Source of the DNA: an uncultured virus (IMG/VR IMGVR_UViG_3300009182_000047)
Lineage: Duplodnaviria; Heunggongvirae; Uroviricota; Caudoviricetes
Length of the DNA stretch: 20,000 nt
Direction: 5' to 3' (one strand)
Virus record (IMG/VR): IMGVR_UViG_3300009182_000047
Span: 58,190-78,189 of that record
Part shown: in pieces, positions 7,801 to 15,559 of the stretch
Layout: each line of letters opens with the position of its first letter
Position numbering within the stretch: the stretch's first letter is position 1
Notes under the pieces: model-generated
The model's database searches: none
Told to the model about the DNA's origin: nothing
What the model saw: only the letters and a program-made list of their open reading frames with translations
Position numbers and translations under genes: made by a program

Positions 7801-8474
7801 CGCTGGCATCCCCTCCGTTATCAGATGACCTTACCGGGGCCGAATCAGTTGTTAAACCAGCATTAAGGACAAAAACAGGGCCAGCAGTGCAGGGCGCCGG
7901 TTCAGCAATTTCCTTAATTGAACAGAATATGGAATTCTTTGCTGAAGAAATATATGCTTATGTACAGGCAACCTTTACATTAACATATAACAAAGCAAAA
8001 TGTCAGAGAGATGTTAAGTTGATATTACAACGTTTGATATACGATATTGAAACTGGCGGAAGATATAATACTGTTATGAGTGGATTAAGTTACTGGCAGA
8101 GAGAAGGGACACACCACATAATTCAATTAGGTGAAAATATTACTAGAACAGACTTACTACCTGACGGTGCTAGTGTTAATTTTTATCAACGTAGTTACAT
8201 TAGTGCATCTGGTTATGTATTTGAATATGTTGGTGCAGGAACTAACTACGGAGCATTACCACAAGTAGGCCGTGCTGATCCTGTACAAACTAAAGAAACT
8301 GTACAGTTAGATAGTGGTAAGGTATTCTTTACAAGTACTGACCAAAACGGTGACTTCCGTATTGGTCCTGGACTAGTTATCAGTCAAGCAACAGGTGTTC
8401 TAAGTGGTAGAACATTTACTAAATCATTATTTGCTAATATGACACCGTTCATCTTAGCTATTGAAGCAGGTTAA
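1848..8474 (+). CDS. Giant virion structural protein (2,208 aa): fibre-like N-terminus, interrupted pectin-lyase-like beta-helix and seven CxRD helical repeats
   Basis: Beta-helix cap motif ILYVTMDGADTNDG...ACRTIGAAL...IRVAPGHYLEDNP, then SPYIQNCT. The helix resumes at SFVYDAFTQVNQGGRGIRITNDGYAQLVSVFTIFC...NSNANFG. C-terminal FEYVGAG...STDQNGDFRIG motif, as I recall from large structural proteins of aquatic T4-like phages. Good SD. Confidence 0.8.
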   Translation: MATTYFSNTPPGAASSTTNITVENIPNDYFLNAKAKINLKSGADTSITAGGKAEIDANSDVKIISEGGIVAIESSADKITIKAATDVTVTARGKAIVDAPETDILHDSVLGSDVGTDTTEFKSKIKSNILPKGTNYNIGDASNIWKKSFFDEGEYFSENNVGNQYLEYGVNGRPYNPADIYDTAEHRKTGAVYVHGGVGIEKDLNVGGRIYGRIEIANTSFQIVVTATNADIVFHPLFARSTGEQFLFVDIQGIDQGGSAGLTYNPYTGKLGTELLKVVSTSAANSTDGAVRVEGGISVGKNIVTKEITPPDDADVATEIYSVGVNSSQWADAYVHNLYTRVIGSTTGTIEMRPDAGVVDMFSDIRVRGQNPIGTAPVVTNILYVTMDGADTNDGRAMDPSRACRTIGAALKSPYYQSGTQIRVAPGHYLEDNPLQLKPYTSIMGSDLRTCSIEPINKTQDLFHVNSGCYLAFMQFLNGRSGLLEGPYDPQYNRGAYCTSFPPLEGDARIDLFHSPYIQNCTNQNGPWLTDGTMFVPNQTVQIPRVVGTGTWIANTTTLVIHATTGTIAQGDYINAGQQNPGFFEARTLMLANKPFLQEQVVAYVDVTFNTSSFSYNVTKCRRDIGLILDSISTDMLYNDTSDSTFAGLQYWNQTSSAIAGEQTTTTNAINYLKGLAATVALNAGSSSAQTRVNTLFTVITDIITNGTVGVSDSIIANGLPSTDPQYTNAYTALLANKETFKTQVLSWIGSNYPTFVYNTSTCARDVGYIIDSVAFDVLHSGNRQSIKSGVYYYNYSTTSTTIANQIPQTTLAYNFIKSIITNIVTGIPLPTVYQTATTQVIIGQPIASSYEAISLQNKIDIITDIIRHGPSVAVNQTPEYVTLSINEEKVNAFNMLLTNKDFIKAEVIAYLNKNANTFNYSKELCYRDTGILIENVAYDAAFGGNEKSIQSGLAYYDGVISRISGQETQTSAAIDYLSKMVQSIIVNNTWTNILTVPAVIAPYGTHNQVRNTVMTRGAVASSAIDQCFNTITVIINNGPTAAPAMYKSGCPDAAFVSAEILMQANRRFIQEDTINWINNTVKAFPYSRIKCKRDINIIVDSIAYDLLYPTAKRSQSTFSALQYWSQGNYTGIIEAQLGPTIDAIKYLKELSVKVVQNIKPTDDLVNRYQFVVSQNTSLESASSVEAALIAANFDIILSIVKGNSKGWTDKIVPNGPETNLLGIKNAFNLLEANKAYMAAEVIAYITAVHPNFTAYSTSTCARDVGLITDSIAFDLKHGGNRQAIQAGLSYYSVSGSTNTIHGQETQTIVAFNRIKDIVDGIMTGNLVAASTGTIASQVILPNVATLSEVRYVQQSISTITDIIIYGPSISSGLTSIALTASTVTSVINGFNLLQANKKFIVDDVIHFIDWNYNRSSFDYNEELCYRDTGLIVDAVSQDILLGGNYKSVEAGLAYWNFGYNQVAGQETTTTMALNYARDIALQIIANTPVTPQTQTSITQVINPFFEYGGDYMPQEAIKRNFKIITDIIQKGPMYAPPRYMGGGLFALVGINGADVKISPRVTSVTTVTTGTYIVGLDTSTVGFGNNATLYFGDTLVYPKQNAEVEALSLEYTGDATTWNRRKVDPIGGMGGSLVDGAVISSRSPINSFVYDAFTQVNQGGRGIRITNDGYAQLVSVFTIFCSTGVQVDNGGIASIVNSNANFGDLCLVAKGYGQRKFSGTVYNPVNKSYPDDPEFNNYYPAGYWPNNARARVFIPDLADRPHISLVMEVVPPDTMVDYTGLVVPQANEQGFSGFLNAVPNLGILTTGTITLTGIDTTGIAVGNALYIRDQNGSQTGTNGILYAAKDTIVTDVGYQSVTLNKALTSGGFDPTNTTSTVNSNYFNLYFCGNAYYTVLSSEIGDNPVPVGTNVIRDVITGDQRPAHISSLQRLNSIVIQAIKNQAITTSTTYVVAKQSFEPLLTDGGFAETFINQRFENLIQIINPTLASPPLSDDLTGAESVVKPALRTKTGPAVQGAGSAISLIEQNMEFFAEEIYAYVQATFTLTYNKAKCQRDVKLILQRLIYDIETGGRYNTVMSGLSYWQREGTHHIIQLGENITRTDLLPDGASVNFYQRSYISASGYVFEYVGAGTNYGALPQVGRADPVQTKETVQLDSGKVFFTSTDQNGDFRIGPGLVISQATGVLSGRTFTKSLFANMTPFILAIEAG
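3594..6446 (+). repeat. Six tandem protein-level repeats (about 142-169 aa) with invariant C-x-R-D; a seventh copy at about 7590-8096
   Basis: Cys codons at 3708, 4134, 4623, 5121, 5628, 6120 and 8001 (Cys621, 763, 926, 1092, 1261, 1425, 2052). Consensus LLxxNKxFIxxEVIxY...F.Y....CxRD.G.I.D.....D...GGN..S..AGL.Y. Confidence 0.9.
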
Positions 8475-8486
8475 AAAGGAAATATT

Positions 8487-8882
8487 ATGGCGTTAATTCC
8501 ATTAAACACATTTAAAACAAAGACTAAACTGTTGCCAGGTTATTCATTAACTACAGCAACTGTAACCGCATATGTTGCACCAATTGGGGTAACATCAATT
8601 GTACTTATGGCACAGATTGCTAACATAAGTACTCAAACACAAACTGTAAGTTTTATTCATTATAGAAAACGTCCAGTACTACGAGATGCTCAAGGCAACG
8701 GATTTCAAGATGCAGAAACACCCAGCTATCTCGTAAAAGACTTTACTATTCCCGCAGGGGATGCAGGTAGTGCATTATCTGGAAAATTAATTGTTGAAAG
8801 TTTAGATAGTGTTCAAGCATATGCTTCGACTACTGGAACTTGTCAATTAACTTTAAGTATTTTAGAGACTGCAAATGCTTAA
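8487..8882 (+). CDS. Small virion protein (131 aa), likely partner of the giant beta-helix protein
   Basis: SD AAGGA about 7 nt upstream; 12-nt gap from the previous gene. Beta-rich sequence (LNTFKT...YVAPIGVTSIVLMAQIAN...LSGKLIVE...LSILETAN). Partner role is inferred from tight coupling. Confidence 0.7.
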   Translation: MALIPLNTFKTKTKLLPGYSLTTATVTAYVAPIGVTSIVLMAQIANISTQTQTVSFIHYRKRPVLRDAQGNGFQDAETPSYLVKDFTIPAGDAGSALSGKLIVESLDSVQAYASTTGTCQLTLSILETANA

Positions 8883-10011
8883 TCTACTAAGCGGATCATT
8901 ACTACGTAGTGGGGGAAGTGGAGACTTCATTAAATTAGCTAATGCGCAACCTCAGCTACCGCCTACTCTTACGACTTCTACAGGCTACACACTAATTACT
9001 GATAGTTTATTAAGAACTAGTTATAGGTCAAGTTTAGGTAATATTGAATTTAACAATGCTGCTATGTGGAGTAACTTAGCAACTTCTGGCACAATAATTA
9101 TCCTTGCTACCGGTACTAATATAACATCTACTGGAACCAATACCGGCTTATTGGTAGTTCAGGGAGATATTGGTGTCGGCGGCACAATGAATATTCAGAA
9201 AGATATTACAGTCAACGGTATTACCATTGGTAAAGGGTTTGAAGGTCTTAATAACATCATCATTAGGGGAACTGCATCCCCTCAAGTGGACACTTTTGAA
9301 AACGGCCAAGAAACTATTGCAATTGGTTATAACACATTAGAAGGCATTTCTAGTTCTTATAGAAACATTGGTATTGGACGGTTTGTACTACAAAGCGGCA
9401 CAAATATATCTAACAACATTGGTATTGGTGACGGAGCATTACGATTAGTAGGTACAACTTCTACAATTAATGACAGCAATATTGGTATTGGTGTTGGAGC
9501 TGGAAAGAGTTTAATAGCAGGCCAATACAATATTTTTATGGGCCATGAAACAGCAAATACATGGAATACTGGATCGTACAACATTATTTTAGGTCAGCTC
9601 TCATTAACATCTATCAATAGCGGATCTGGTATTATTAGCATCGGCGGAGACAATATTGTTGATGGATTAGACAATCAGGTTAATATTGGATCAGTATTCT
9701 ACTACGACGGTAGAGGGTATGCCTATATTGCTGCTGATACTTCAGTAGGATTAGGAACTGACTCAACGAGCACTAATTCAGGTGCATTGATTGTCTCTGG
9801 CGGAGTTGGTATTGCAGGAAAAGTATATAGTGGTGAGACTGGCAACCCACAAGAAGATTATCTGTTGTACACCCCACAAGTTTTCACTACGTCGACTAAA
9901 CCCCCGGTATCGAGGATTGGAGACATATGGATTGATCCTACTATTCCAGCGTACCTACAGTATATAAAAGATGGTACTAGCACTTTCTGGATTCAGGTAG
10001 GTGCGGTATAA
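8875..10011 (+). CDS. Tail fibre/adhesin-like protein with YadA-head-like NIGIG repeats (378 aa)
   Basis: Overlaps the previous gene by 8 nt. Repeats TIAIGYNTL / NIGIGRFVL / NIGIGDGAL / NIGIGVGAG / NIFMG / NIILG; two GAL-x-V-x-GGVG-type shaft motifs; C-terminal PP...GDIWID...DGTSTFW module. Confidence 0.7.
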   Translation: MLNLLSGSLLRSGGSGDFIKLANAQPQLPPTLTTSTGYTLITDSLLRTSYRSSLGNIEFNNAAMWSNLATSGTIIILATGTNITSTGTNTGLLVVQGDIGVGGTMNIQKDITVNGITIGKGFEGLNNIIIRGTASPQVDTFENGQETIAIGYNTLEGISSSYRNIGIGRFVLQSGTNISNNIGIGDGALRLVGTTSTINDSNIGIGVGAGKSLIAGQYNIFMGHETANTWNTGSYNIILGQLSLTSINSGSGIISIGGDNIVDGLDNQVNIGSVFYYDGRGYAYIAADTSVGLGTDSTSTNSGALIVSGGVGIAGKVYSGETGNPQEDYLLYTPQVFTTSTKPPVSRIGDIWIDPTIPAYLQYIKDGTSTFWIQVGAV

Positions 10012-10030
10012 TTATAAAGAGTAAAAAAAC

Positions 10031-10912
10031 ATGGCATCATTAAATTTTCCAGCAAATCCTAACTCCGGCGATACATGGACTCTAGGGTCAAAAACATATC
10101 AATGGAACGGATCAGCTTGGCTAGTCCAGAGTCAAAATAATCTTGCATCAGGCATGGTTGTTATTACCAGTACAACAAATGCAACTAGCACCACTACAGG
10201 AGCATTAGTAGTGGCGGGCGGTATAGGAATGGGCGGAGATCTATGGATTGGTGGAACTATCTATTCAAATAGTATTCCAGTCCTTACTACATCTAGCCTC
10301 GGCGGACAAGTATTTGGCGGTACTGATATTACTGTTACAAGCACGGGTACTAGTTCTACATCATATCTAAGATTTGATAACACTAGCACATTACAAACAG
10401 TCACAGGTAGGGGACACACTACTACTAACTTAATGGTATTTTCTAATGCCACTGAATCAGTATCAACCAATACAGGCGCATTGGTAGTAGCAGGCGGCAT
10501 TGGTGTAGGTAAACGAATAAATTGTGAAAGCCTAAGAATACAAGACTCGGTATTTGATTCTAGTTTAGTACGGGTAAATACAACTGCTAGTACAGTTATA
10601 GACAGTTATTTGTTGGCAGATTTTAGATCGGCAAAATATTTTGTTCAAATTGCATCAGGCGGTGGAGGAGACCATACATTAAATACAGCTACGTTTCAAT
10701 CGGTTGAATTGATATTAGTAGCAGATAACACTGGTGCGGTATACGCAACTGAATATGGTTTAGTAGTTACTGGCGGTATAAGCGGAGGAGCTAGTTTAGG
10801 AACCTTCCAGGCAGATTTGAGTTTAATAGATAGCACAGTTAGATTATATTTTAATCCTACATTGGCAACAAATAAAACAATTAAAGTTCTTAGAACCGGT
10901 ATGGCATCGTAA
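10031..10912 (+). CDS. Tail fibre-associated protein (293 aa)
   Basis: N-terminal LNFPANPNSGDTWTLGSKTYQWNGSAW module; two TGALVVAGGIG shaft motifs; C-terminal IDSY...FRSAKYFVQI...ATEYG domain. Confidence 0.72.
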   Translation: MASLNFPANPNSGDTWTLGSKTYQWNGSAWLVQSQNNLASGMVVITSTTNATSTTTGALVVAGGIGMGGDLWIGGTIYSNSIPVLTTSSLGGQVFGGTDITVTSTGTSSTSYLRFDNTSTLQTVTGRGHTTTNLMVFSNATESVSTNTGALVVAGGIGVGKRINCESLRIQDSVFDSSLVRVNTTASTVIDSYLLADFRSAKYFVQIASGGGGDHTLNTATFQSVELILVADNTGAVYATEYGLVVTGGISGGASLGTFQADLSLIDSTVRLYFNPTLATNKTIKVLRTGMAS

Positions 10913-10927
10913 AGGAAGATCACTACT

Positions 10928-13900
10928 ATGGCATTTTCATCTCCGACACAAGACTTTGTTGTAACATCTGGTTTAAATGTCCAAGGCACCTCTACAGTAA
11001 CAAGCTCAACCGGTAATACATCTACTCTACAGGTAGCAGGCGGAGCGGCTGTTGCAAAAAATCTTATAGTAGGTACTACATCTCAACTATACGGAGATGT
11101 TACAGCATTTAGTAATTTAGAAGTTAAAGGCACAATACCTTACTTAAATATTACTGGTACTTCTAATTTAACCGTTGTAAGTGCAGGTGTTGTTACAGCT
11201 ACACAATTAGATGTTGTCACTAGGCTGGCAGTAGGCGGATTAAGTCAACTTAATAATGCAACAATAGCCAATGGTACAAATTCAACGTCTTCTACTACTG
11301 GTGCATTACAGGTAACAGGCGGAGTTGGGATACAAAAAGATTTGTGGGTAGGCGGCCAAGCATTTGTAAACGGATATCAAGTATTAACTACTGCAAACAT
11401 TATTGCCAGCACGCTACAAGCAGTTACATTACAAGGCTCATCCACAACTGTTGCAATATCAATATTAAACACTACAAGTTCTACGTCAACTAATACTGGC
11501 GCTTTACAAATTACTGGTGGTGCAGGAATTGGCGGAGCATTATGGGCCGGGTTAACTAGTTATGTAGCCGATGCACAAATTATTACCACTGCCACATTGT
11601 CACAATTTGGTGTAACATCGATTACTGCTGGGACAGATACTGCAATCAATACCAGTACCGGTGCAATTACTATTTGGAATACCAGTACTTTACAAACTAT
11701 AACTAGTAGAGGCAATACTACAGATAGATTAATTAGTATTACAAACACTGCCTCTAGCACATTAACCAATACTAATAATGCATTATATGTAAACGGCGGC
11801 GCATGGATTACCAAAGACTTAACAGTTGGCGGAAGTATTGCAGGTGTTACTGCTACTATCACACAGGTGTACGGCACCAGTGCGCAATTTTTTGGTGATA
11901 CTAACGGATTTGGTGCATTGTATGCAGGTATTCCTGTGGGTTTTACAGTACTACCAAGCACAGTATTACAACTAACTGCTAATATTGCTGACTATGCACA
12001 GAGTAATTTTCAAAATATCAACAACAGCCCTAAGGCCAGCACTGATTGGGTACTGACTAGTGCAGATGGCGAAAACTTTGCTAATTTTATTGACATGGCT
12101 ATTGCCAGTGGTACATGGGACGGCTCACAAGATGGCAGTATTGGAACAGCAGTTGGCCCCAATGATGGATATTTATATGTGCAGGGAAATACAACTAATC
12201 CAGGACAAGGCAATTTAGTTATTGGTGCAAGTTCTACAGGCAGTGTTGTTCGATTTTTTGCAGGCGGTATAGGTTCACAGTCTATTGTTGCAACCATTAA
12301 CGCACCTAATACTACATCAACTTCTACTGGAACTGGTGCTTTTATATTAAAAGGTGGAGCCGGCATTAGCGGCAATATCAATGTTGGTGGCACAATTACT
12401 ATATCAAGTACAGCATCAAATACGTCTACCCTTATATCTAATGCTTTATATGTTGCAGGCGGAGTCGGCATTGCAAAATCATTATTGGTTACAGGACCAG
12501 CGATATTTCAAAATAATGTTACATTTAGTGGTGCTACTACCTATGTATACAGCACCAACACTGTTTACACTGATAACATTATTGAACTACATAGTCCGGG
12601 GATATCATCTAGTACATGGTTAGTTGACGACGGCACGGATATTGGTTTTAAAATCCATTACTATAACAACGGCGACCAAAATGCTGCACTAATTTTATCT
12701 AACAATTCAAAATATTTAGAATGGTTTTCAACTGGCGTGGAAAGCACCGGAACAAGCACTGTATTTTCAGCCGGTAATTATGGTATATTTAAAACTGGTG
12801 GAATAATATTAACAAACACCACGGTATCTAATAGTACAACAACAGGCGCATTAATTGTAGCAGGAGGTGTAGGTGTTGGCGGAACAATCAATGCTACAAA
12901 TATGTACAGTGGCGGAAGCCTAGTACTTACTACCAGTAATGTCAATAGCTATGTAACAGCCGGTGTTAGTAGTATTATTGCGGGCACTGATACTGCAATT
13001 AGTAGCTCAACAGGTGCGGTAACAATTTGGAATACTGGCACATTACAGAGTGTGACTGCTCGTGGTGCAACAACTAATAAAGCAATCAGTATTACGAATA
13101 CTACTAGTTCAACATCGACAACCACTGGTGCGTTCACTGTAACAGGGGGTGCAGGCGTCGGCGGAGCATTGTATGCAGGATCTTTATATGATTCCGGTAA
13201 CAGAGTATTAACATCTGTAACTGGTTACGGTTCTACTTATATCAGTGTAACTAATTCTTCAACTGGGGTAACCGCAGTCTTTACAGTGACCAACTTAGGT
13301 GTAACGAACTTAACTGGTACTACATACCTATCTGTTAGCTCAAGTACTGGAAGTGTGACGTTGACCAACTTAGGTGTAACGAACTTAACTGGTACTACAT
13401 ACCTATCTGTTAGCTCAAGTACTGGAAGTGTGACGTTGACCAACTTAGGTGTTCAAACATTAACGGCTGGCACTGATACATCAGTAAGCTCGAGTACAGG
13501 AACTGTAACTGTTTGGAATACGAGCACATTACAAACAATAACAAGTAGAGGTTCTTCTTCGTCTAATGCAATCAGTATTACAAATTCGACCAGTGCTACT
13601 TCGACTGCTACCGGCGCACTACAAGTTTATGGCGGTGTTGGTATTGGCGGCAATTTATATGTTGGCGGAACATTGTATGCAACTATAGCAGGTAATATTA
13701 CCACTGCTACCAATTTAACTGGTGGTACTGCCGGACAAGTTCCTTATCAAACAGCACCGGGTGTAACAAGTTTCTACGGACCAGGTACTGCTGGCAATGT
13801 ACTAGTCAGCAATGGAACAAATGCTCCTACATACAATAATACACTAACGTTGGCCAGTATTGTTACAAGTACGTCAACTAGTACAGGTGCGTTAGTAGTA

Positions 13901-14746
13901 ACAGGAGGTGTTGGCATTGGCGGCGCATTGTATGTAGGAACATCGTCGTATATTAATGGCTCACTAATAATAACAACTGCTACAATAAATCAGTACGCTA
14001 GTCAAACAACAATAACTGCTGGTACTGATACTGCGGTTAATACAAGTACTGGTGCTGTTACAATTTGGAATACTGGTACATTACAGTCAGTTACTGGTAG
14101 AGGTTCTACAACCACTAATGCAATTAGCATTACAAATACTGCAAGTTCAACTTCAACTACGACTGGTGCGTTAGTAGTAACAGGAGGTGTTGGCATTGGC
14201 GGTAATTTAAATGTGGGCGGTACGGTTATTGGCGGCGGCATTAGAAGTACATCTAGCCCTACAGCACCAACCAGTCCAGCGCCCGTAGTGGGAGACATTT
14301 GGTATAATACATCAACCGATGATGTTTATCGATTTACAAGTGACGGAACTAGCACTTATTGGTTAGATATGTCTGGACCAACTGTATCGGGGACTGTTAG
14401 AATTAGCCAATATGTACCTTTTGTGTATACCACTTCTAGTATTGCTGCTGCTGTCATCAATGTAAATATTACAGACCAATATAATATCACATCATTATCG
14501 ACTGCTACTACTTTTAGTACCACATCTACTACTAACCCCAACGACGGTCAAAAATTAATGATAAGAGTATTAGACAACGGAACATCACAAACATTAACAT
14601 GGACAACAGGTACTACAAACTCTTTTAGAATAATTGGAGTGACGCTACCTACTAACACTGTTGCTTCAAAACTTGTTTACGTTGGATGTGTATACAATGC
14701 TTCTAGCAGCCGCTGGGATGTCGTTGCAGTTGGTCAGGAAGTTTAA
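10928..14746 (+). CDS. Long tail fibre protein (1,272 aa)
   Basis: Very T/G/S-rich. About 11 copies of a (TG/N)AL-x-V-x-GG-x-G-I/V shaft motif and 4 copies of AGTDT..STG..T.WNT.TLQ..T.RG; a GDIWYN module; C-terminal domain PNDGQKLMIRVLDNG...YVGCVYN...WDVVAV. SD AAGGAAG upstream. Confidence 0.82.
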   Translation: MAFSSPTQDFVVTSGLNVQGTSTVTSSTGNTSTLQVAGGAAVAKNLIVGTTSQLYGDVTAFSNLEVKGTIPYLNITGTSNLTVVSAGVVTATQLDVVTRLAVGGLSQLNNATIANGTNSTSSTTGALQVTGGVGIQKDLWVGGQAFVNGYQVLTTANIIASTLQAVTLQGSSTTVAISILNTTSSTSTNTGALQITGGAGIGGALWAGLTSYVADAQIITTATLSQFGVTSITAGTDTAINTSTGAITIWNTSTLQTITSRGNTTDRLISITNTASSTLTNTNNALYVNGGAWITKDLTVGGSIAGVTATITQVYGTSAQFFGDTNGFGALYAGIPVGFTVLPSTVLQLTANIADYAQSNFQNINNSPKASTDWVLTSADGENFANFIDMAIASGTWDGSQDGSIGTAVGPNDGYLYVQGNTTNPGQGNLVIGASSTGSVVRFFAGGIGSQSIVATINAPNTTSTSTGTGAFILKGGAGISGNINVGGTITISSTASNTSTLISNALYVAGGVGIAKSLLVTGPAIFQNNVTFSGATTYVYSTNTVYTDNIIELHSPGISSSTWLVDDGTDIGFKIHYYNNGDQNAALILSNNSKYLEWFSTGVESTGTSTVFSAGNYGIFKTGGIILTNTTVSNSTTTGALIVAGGVGVGGTINATNMYSGGSLVLTTSNVNSYVTAGVSSIIAGTDTAISSSTGAVTIWNTGTLQSVTARGATTNKAISITNTTSSTSTTTGAFTVTGGAGVGGALYAGSLYDSGNRVLTSVTGYGSTYISVTNSSTGVTAVFTVTNLGVTNLTGTTYLSVSSSTGSVTLTNLGVTNLTGTTYLSVSSSTGSVTLTNLGVQTLTAGTDTSVSSSTGTVTVWNTSTLQTITSRGSSSSNAISITNSTSATSTATGALQVYGGVGIGGNLYVGGTLYATIAGNITTATNLTGGTAGQVPYQTAPGVTSFYGPGTAGNVLVSNGTNAPTYNNTLTLASIVTSTSTSTGALVVTGGVGIGGALYVGTSSYINGSLIITTATINQYASQTTITAGTDTAVNTSTGAVTIWNTGTLQSVTGRGSTTTNAISITNTASSTSTTTGALVVTGGVGIGGNLNVGGTVIGGGIRSTSSPTAPTSPAPVVGDIWYNTSTDDVYRFTSDGTSTYWLDMSGPTVSGTVRISQYVPFVYTTSSIAAAVINVNITDQYNITSLSTATTFSTTSTTNPNDGQKLMIRVLDNGTSQTLTWTTGTTNSFRIIGVTLPTNTVASKLVYVGCVYNASSSRWDVVAVGQEV
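13287..13452 (+). repeat. Perfect 75-bp in-frame tandem repeat, about 2.2 copies
   Basis: Unit begins TGACCAACTTAGGTGTAACG at 13287 and 13362, with a partial third copy at 13437. It encodes TNLGVTNLTGTTYLSVSSSTGSVTL. Confidence 0.95.
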
Positions 14747-15559
14747 ATGATTGTATATTCAAGAGTAATAAATGGCATGATAAATACCACGGCACTAGAA
14801 CCTTATACAAGTGATACTAGCAGTGATTTTTGGTTTGAACATAGCAGCGATATAAAGTATGCACCCGGTGATATATATATCTCACCAGACACAAATGCTC
14901 CTAGACCACCATCTGCTTGGGGTGCAACAAGTATGGATGCTGAACCACTAACCTTTATAGCAAACACATGGTCTAATATGCGTGATAAGGTAACCATTAT
15001 ACCTAATTTTATTACACCAGACGAATGTGATATATTAAATCGATGGACTAAAAAAGCTGTTGATTTAAAATGGCTTGATTTTGGTATCACAAACAATCAA
15101 GTTGTTTATCAATCTAGATTAACTACTAGAATGTATGGGCATAGATTTGATAAGTATCCAGACTTAGCCTATACCATCCGTGATCAAATTCGTGCCGCAT
15201 TAAATATATTTGATTTACCTATCAGCACGAATGGAGGCGGTAGAGAAGGAATTGTAGTCAGTAGTACACTACCGGGCGGTGATGTATATCAGCATGTAGA
15301 TGGTAAAGAAGGTGACTTAGAATTACTTCGTTGTAATATTATATCACAAGCTGCCGAATCGGGTGCAGAATTAACAGTAGCCGACAAATTTTATGATGTA
15401 CAATGTGGAGATTTACATTGTTATTTGGCAAGTAAACATCTGCATAAAGTTAGTATGGTTAGTGGTAGTCGCCCACGTACATTGTGGATGTTTGGGTTTC
15501 AAATAAACGAAAGTGATTGGGAAAATAATGCTAAACGAAGATATTATATTAGTAAGTAA
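14747..15559 (+). CDS. 2OG-Fe(II) oxygenase superfamily protein with an extra N-terminal segment (270 aa)
   Basis: IIPNFITPDEC N-terminal motif; facial triad H-V-D (VYQHVD) ... H (HLHKVS); downstream Arg for 2-oxoglutarate binding (GSRPRTLWMF). The start directly abuts the fibre stop (TAA-ATG). Confidence 0.82.
   Translation: MIVYSRVINGMINTTALEPYTSDTSSDFWFEHSSDIKYAPGDIYISPDTNAPRPPSAWGATSMDAEPLTFIANTWSNMRDKVTIIPNFITPDECDILNRWTKKAVDLKWLDFGITNNQVVYQSRLTTRMYGHRFDKYPDLAYTIRDQIRAALNIFDLPISTNGGGREGIVVSSTLPGGDVYQHVDGKEGDLELLRCNIISQAAESGAELTVADKFYDVQCGDLHCYLASKHLHKVSMVSGSRPRTLWMFGFQINESDWENNAKRRYYISK

Noticed and set aside
13287..13452. Possible CRISPR array
   Set aside because: The repeats are contiguous with no unique spacers, are in frame within a fibre gene, and no cas genes are present.
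14781..14786. Intragenic TAAATA hexamers (also near 10575 and 16108) as internal late promoters
   Set aside because: The hexamer occurs repeatedly by chance in AT-rich coding DNA, and these sites have no supporting terminator or gene start context.
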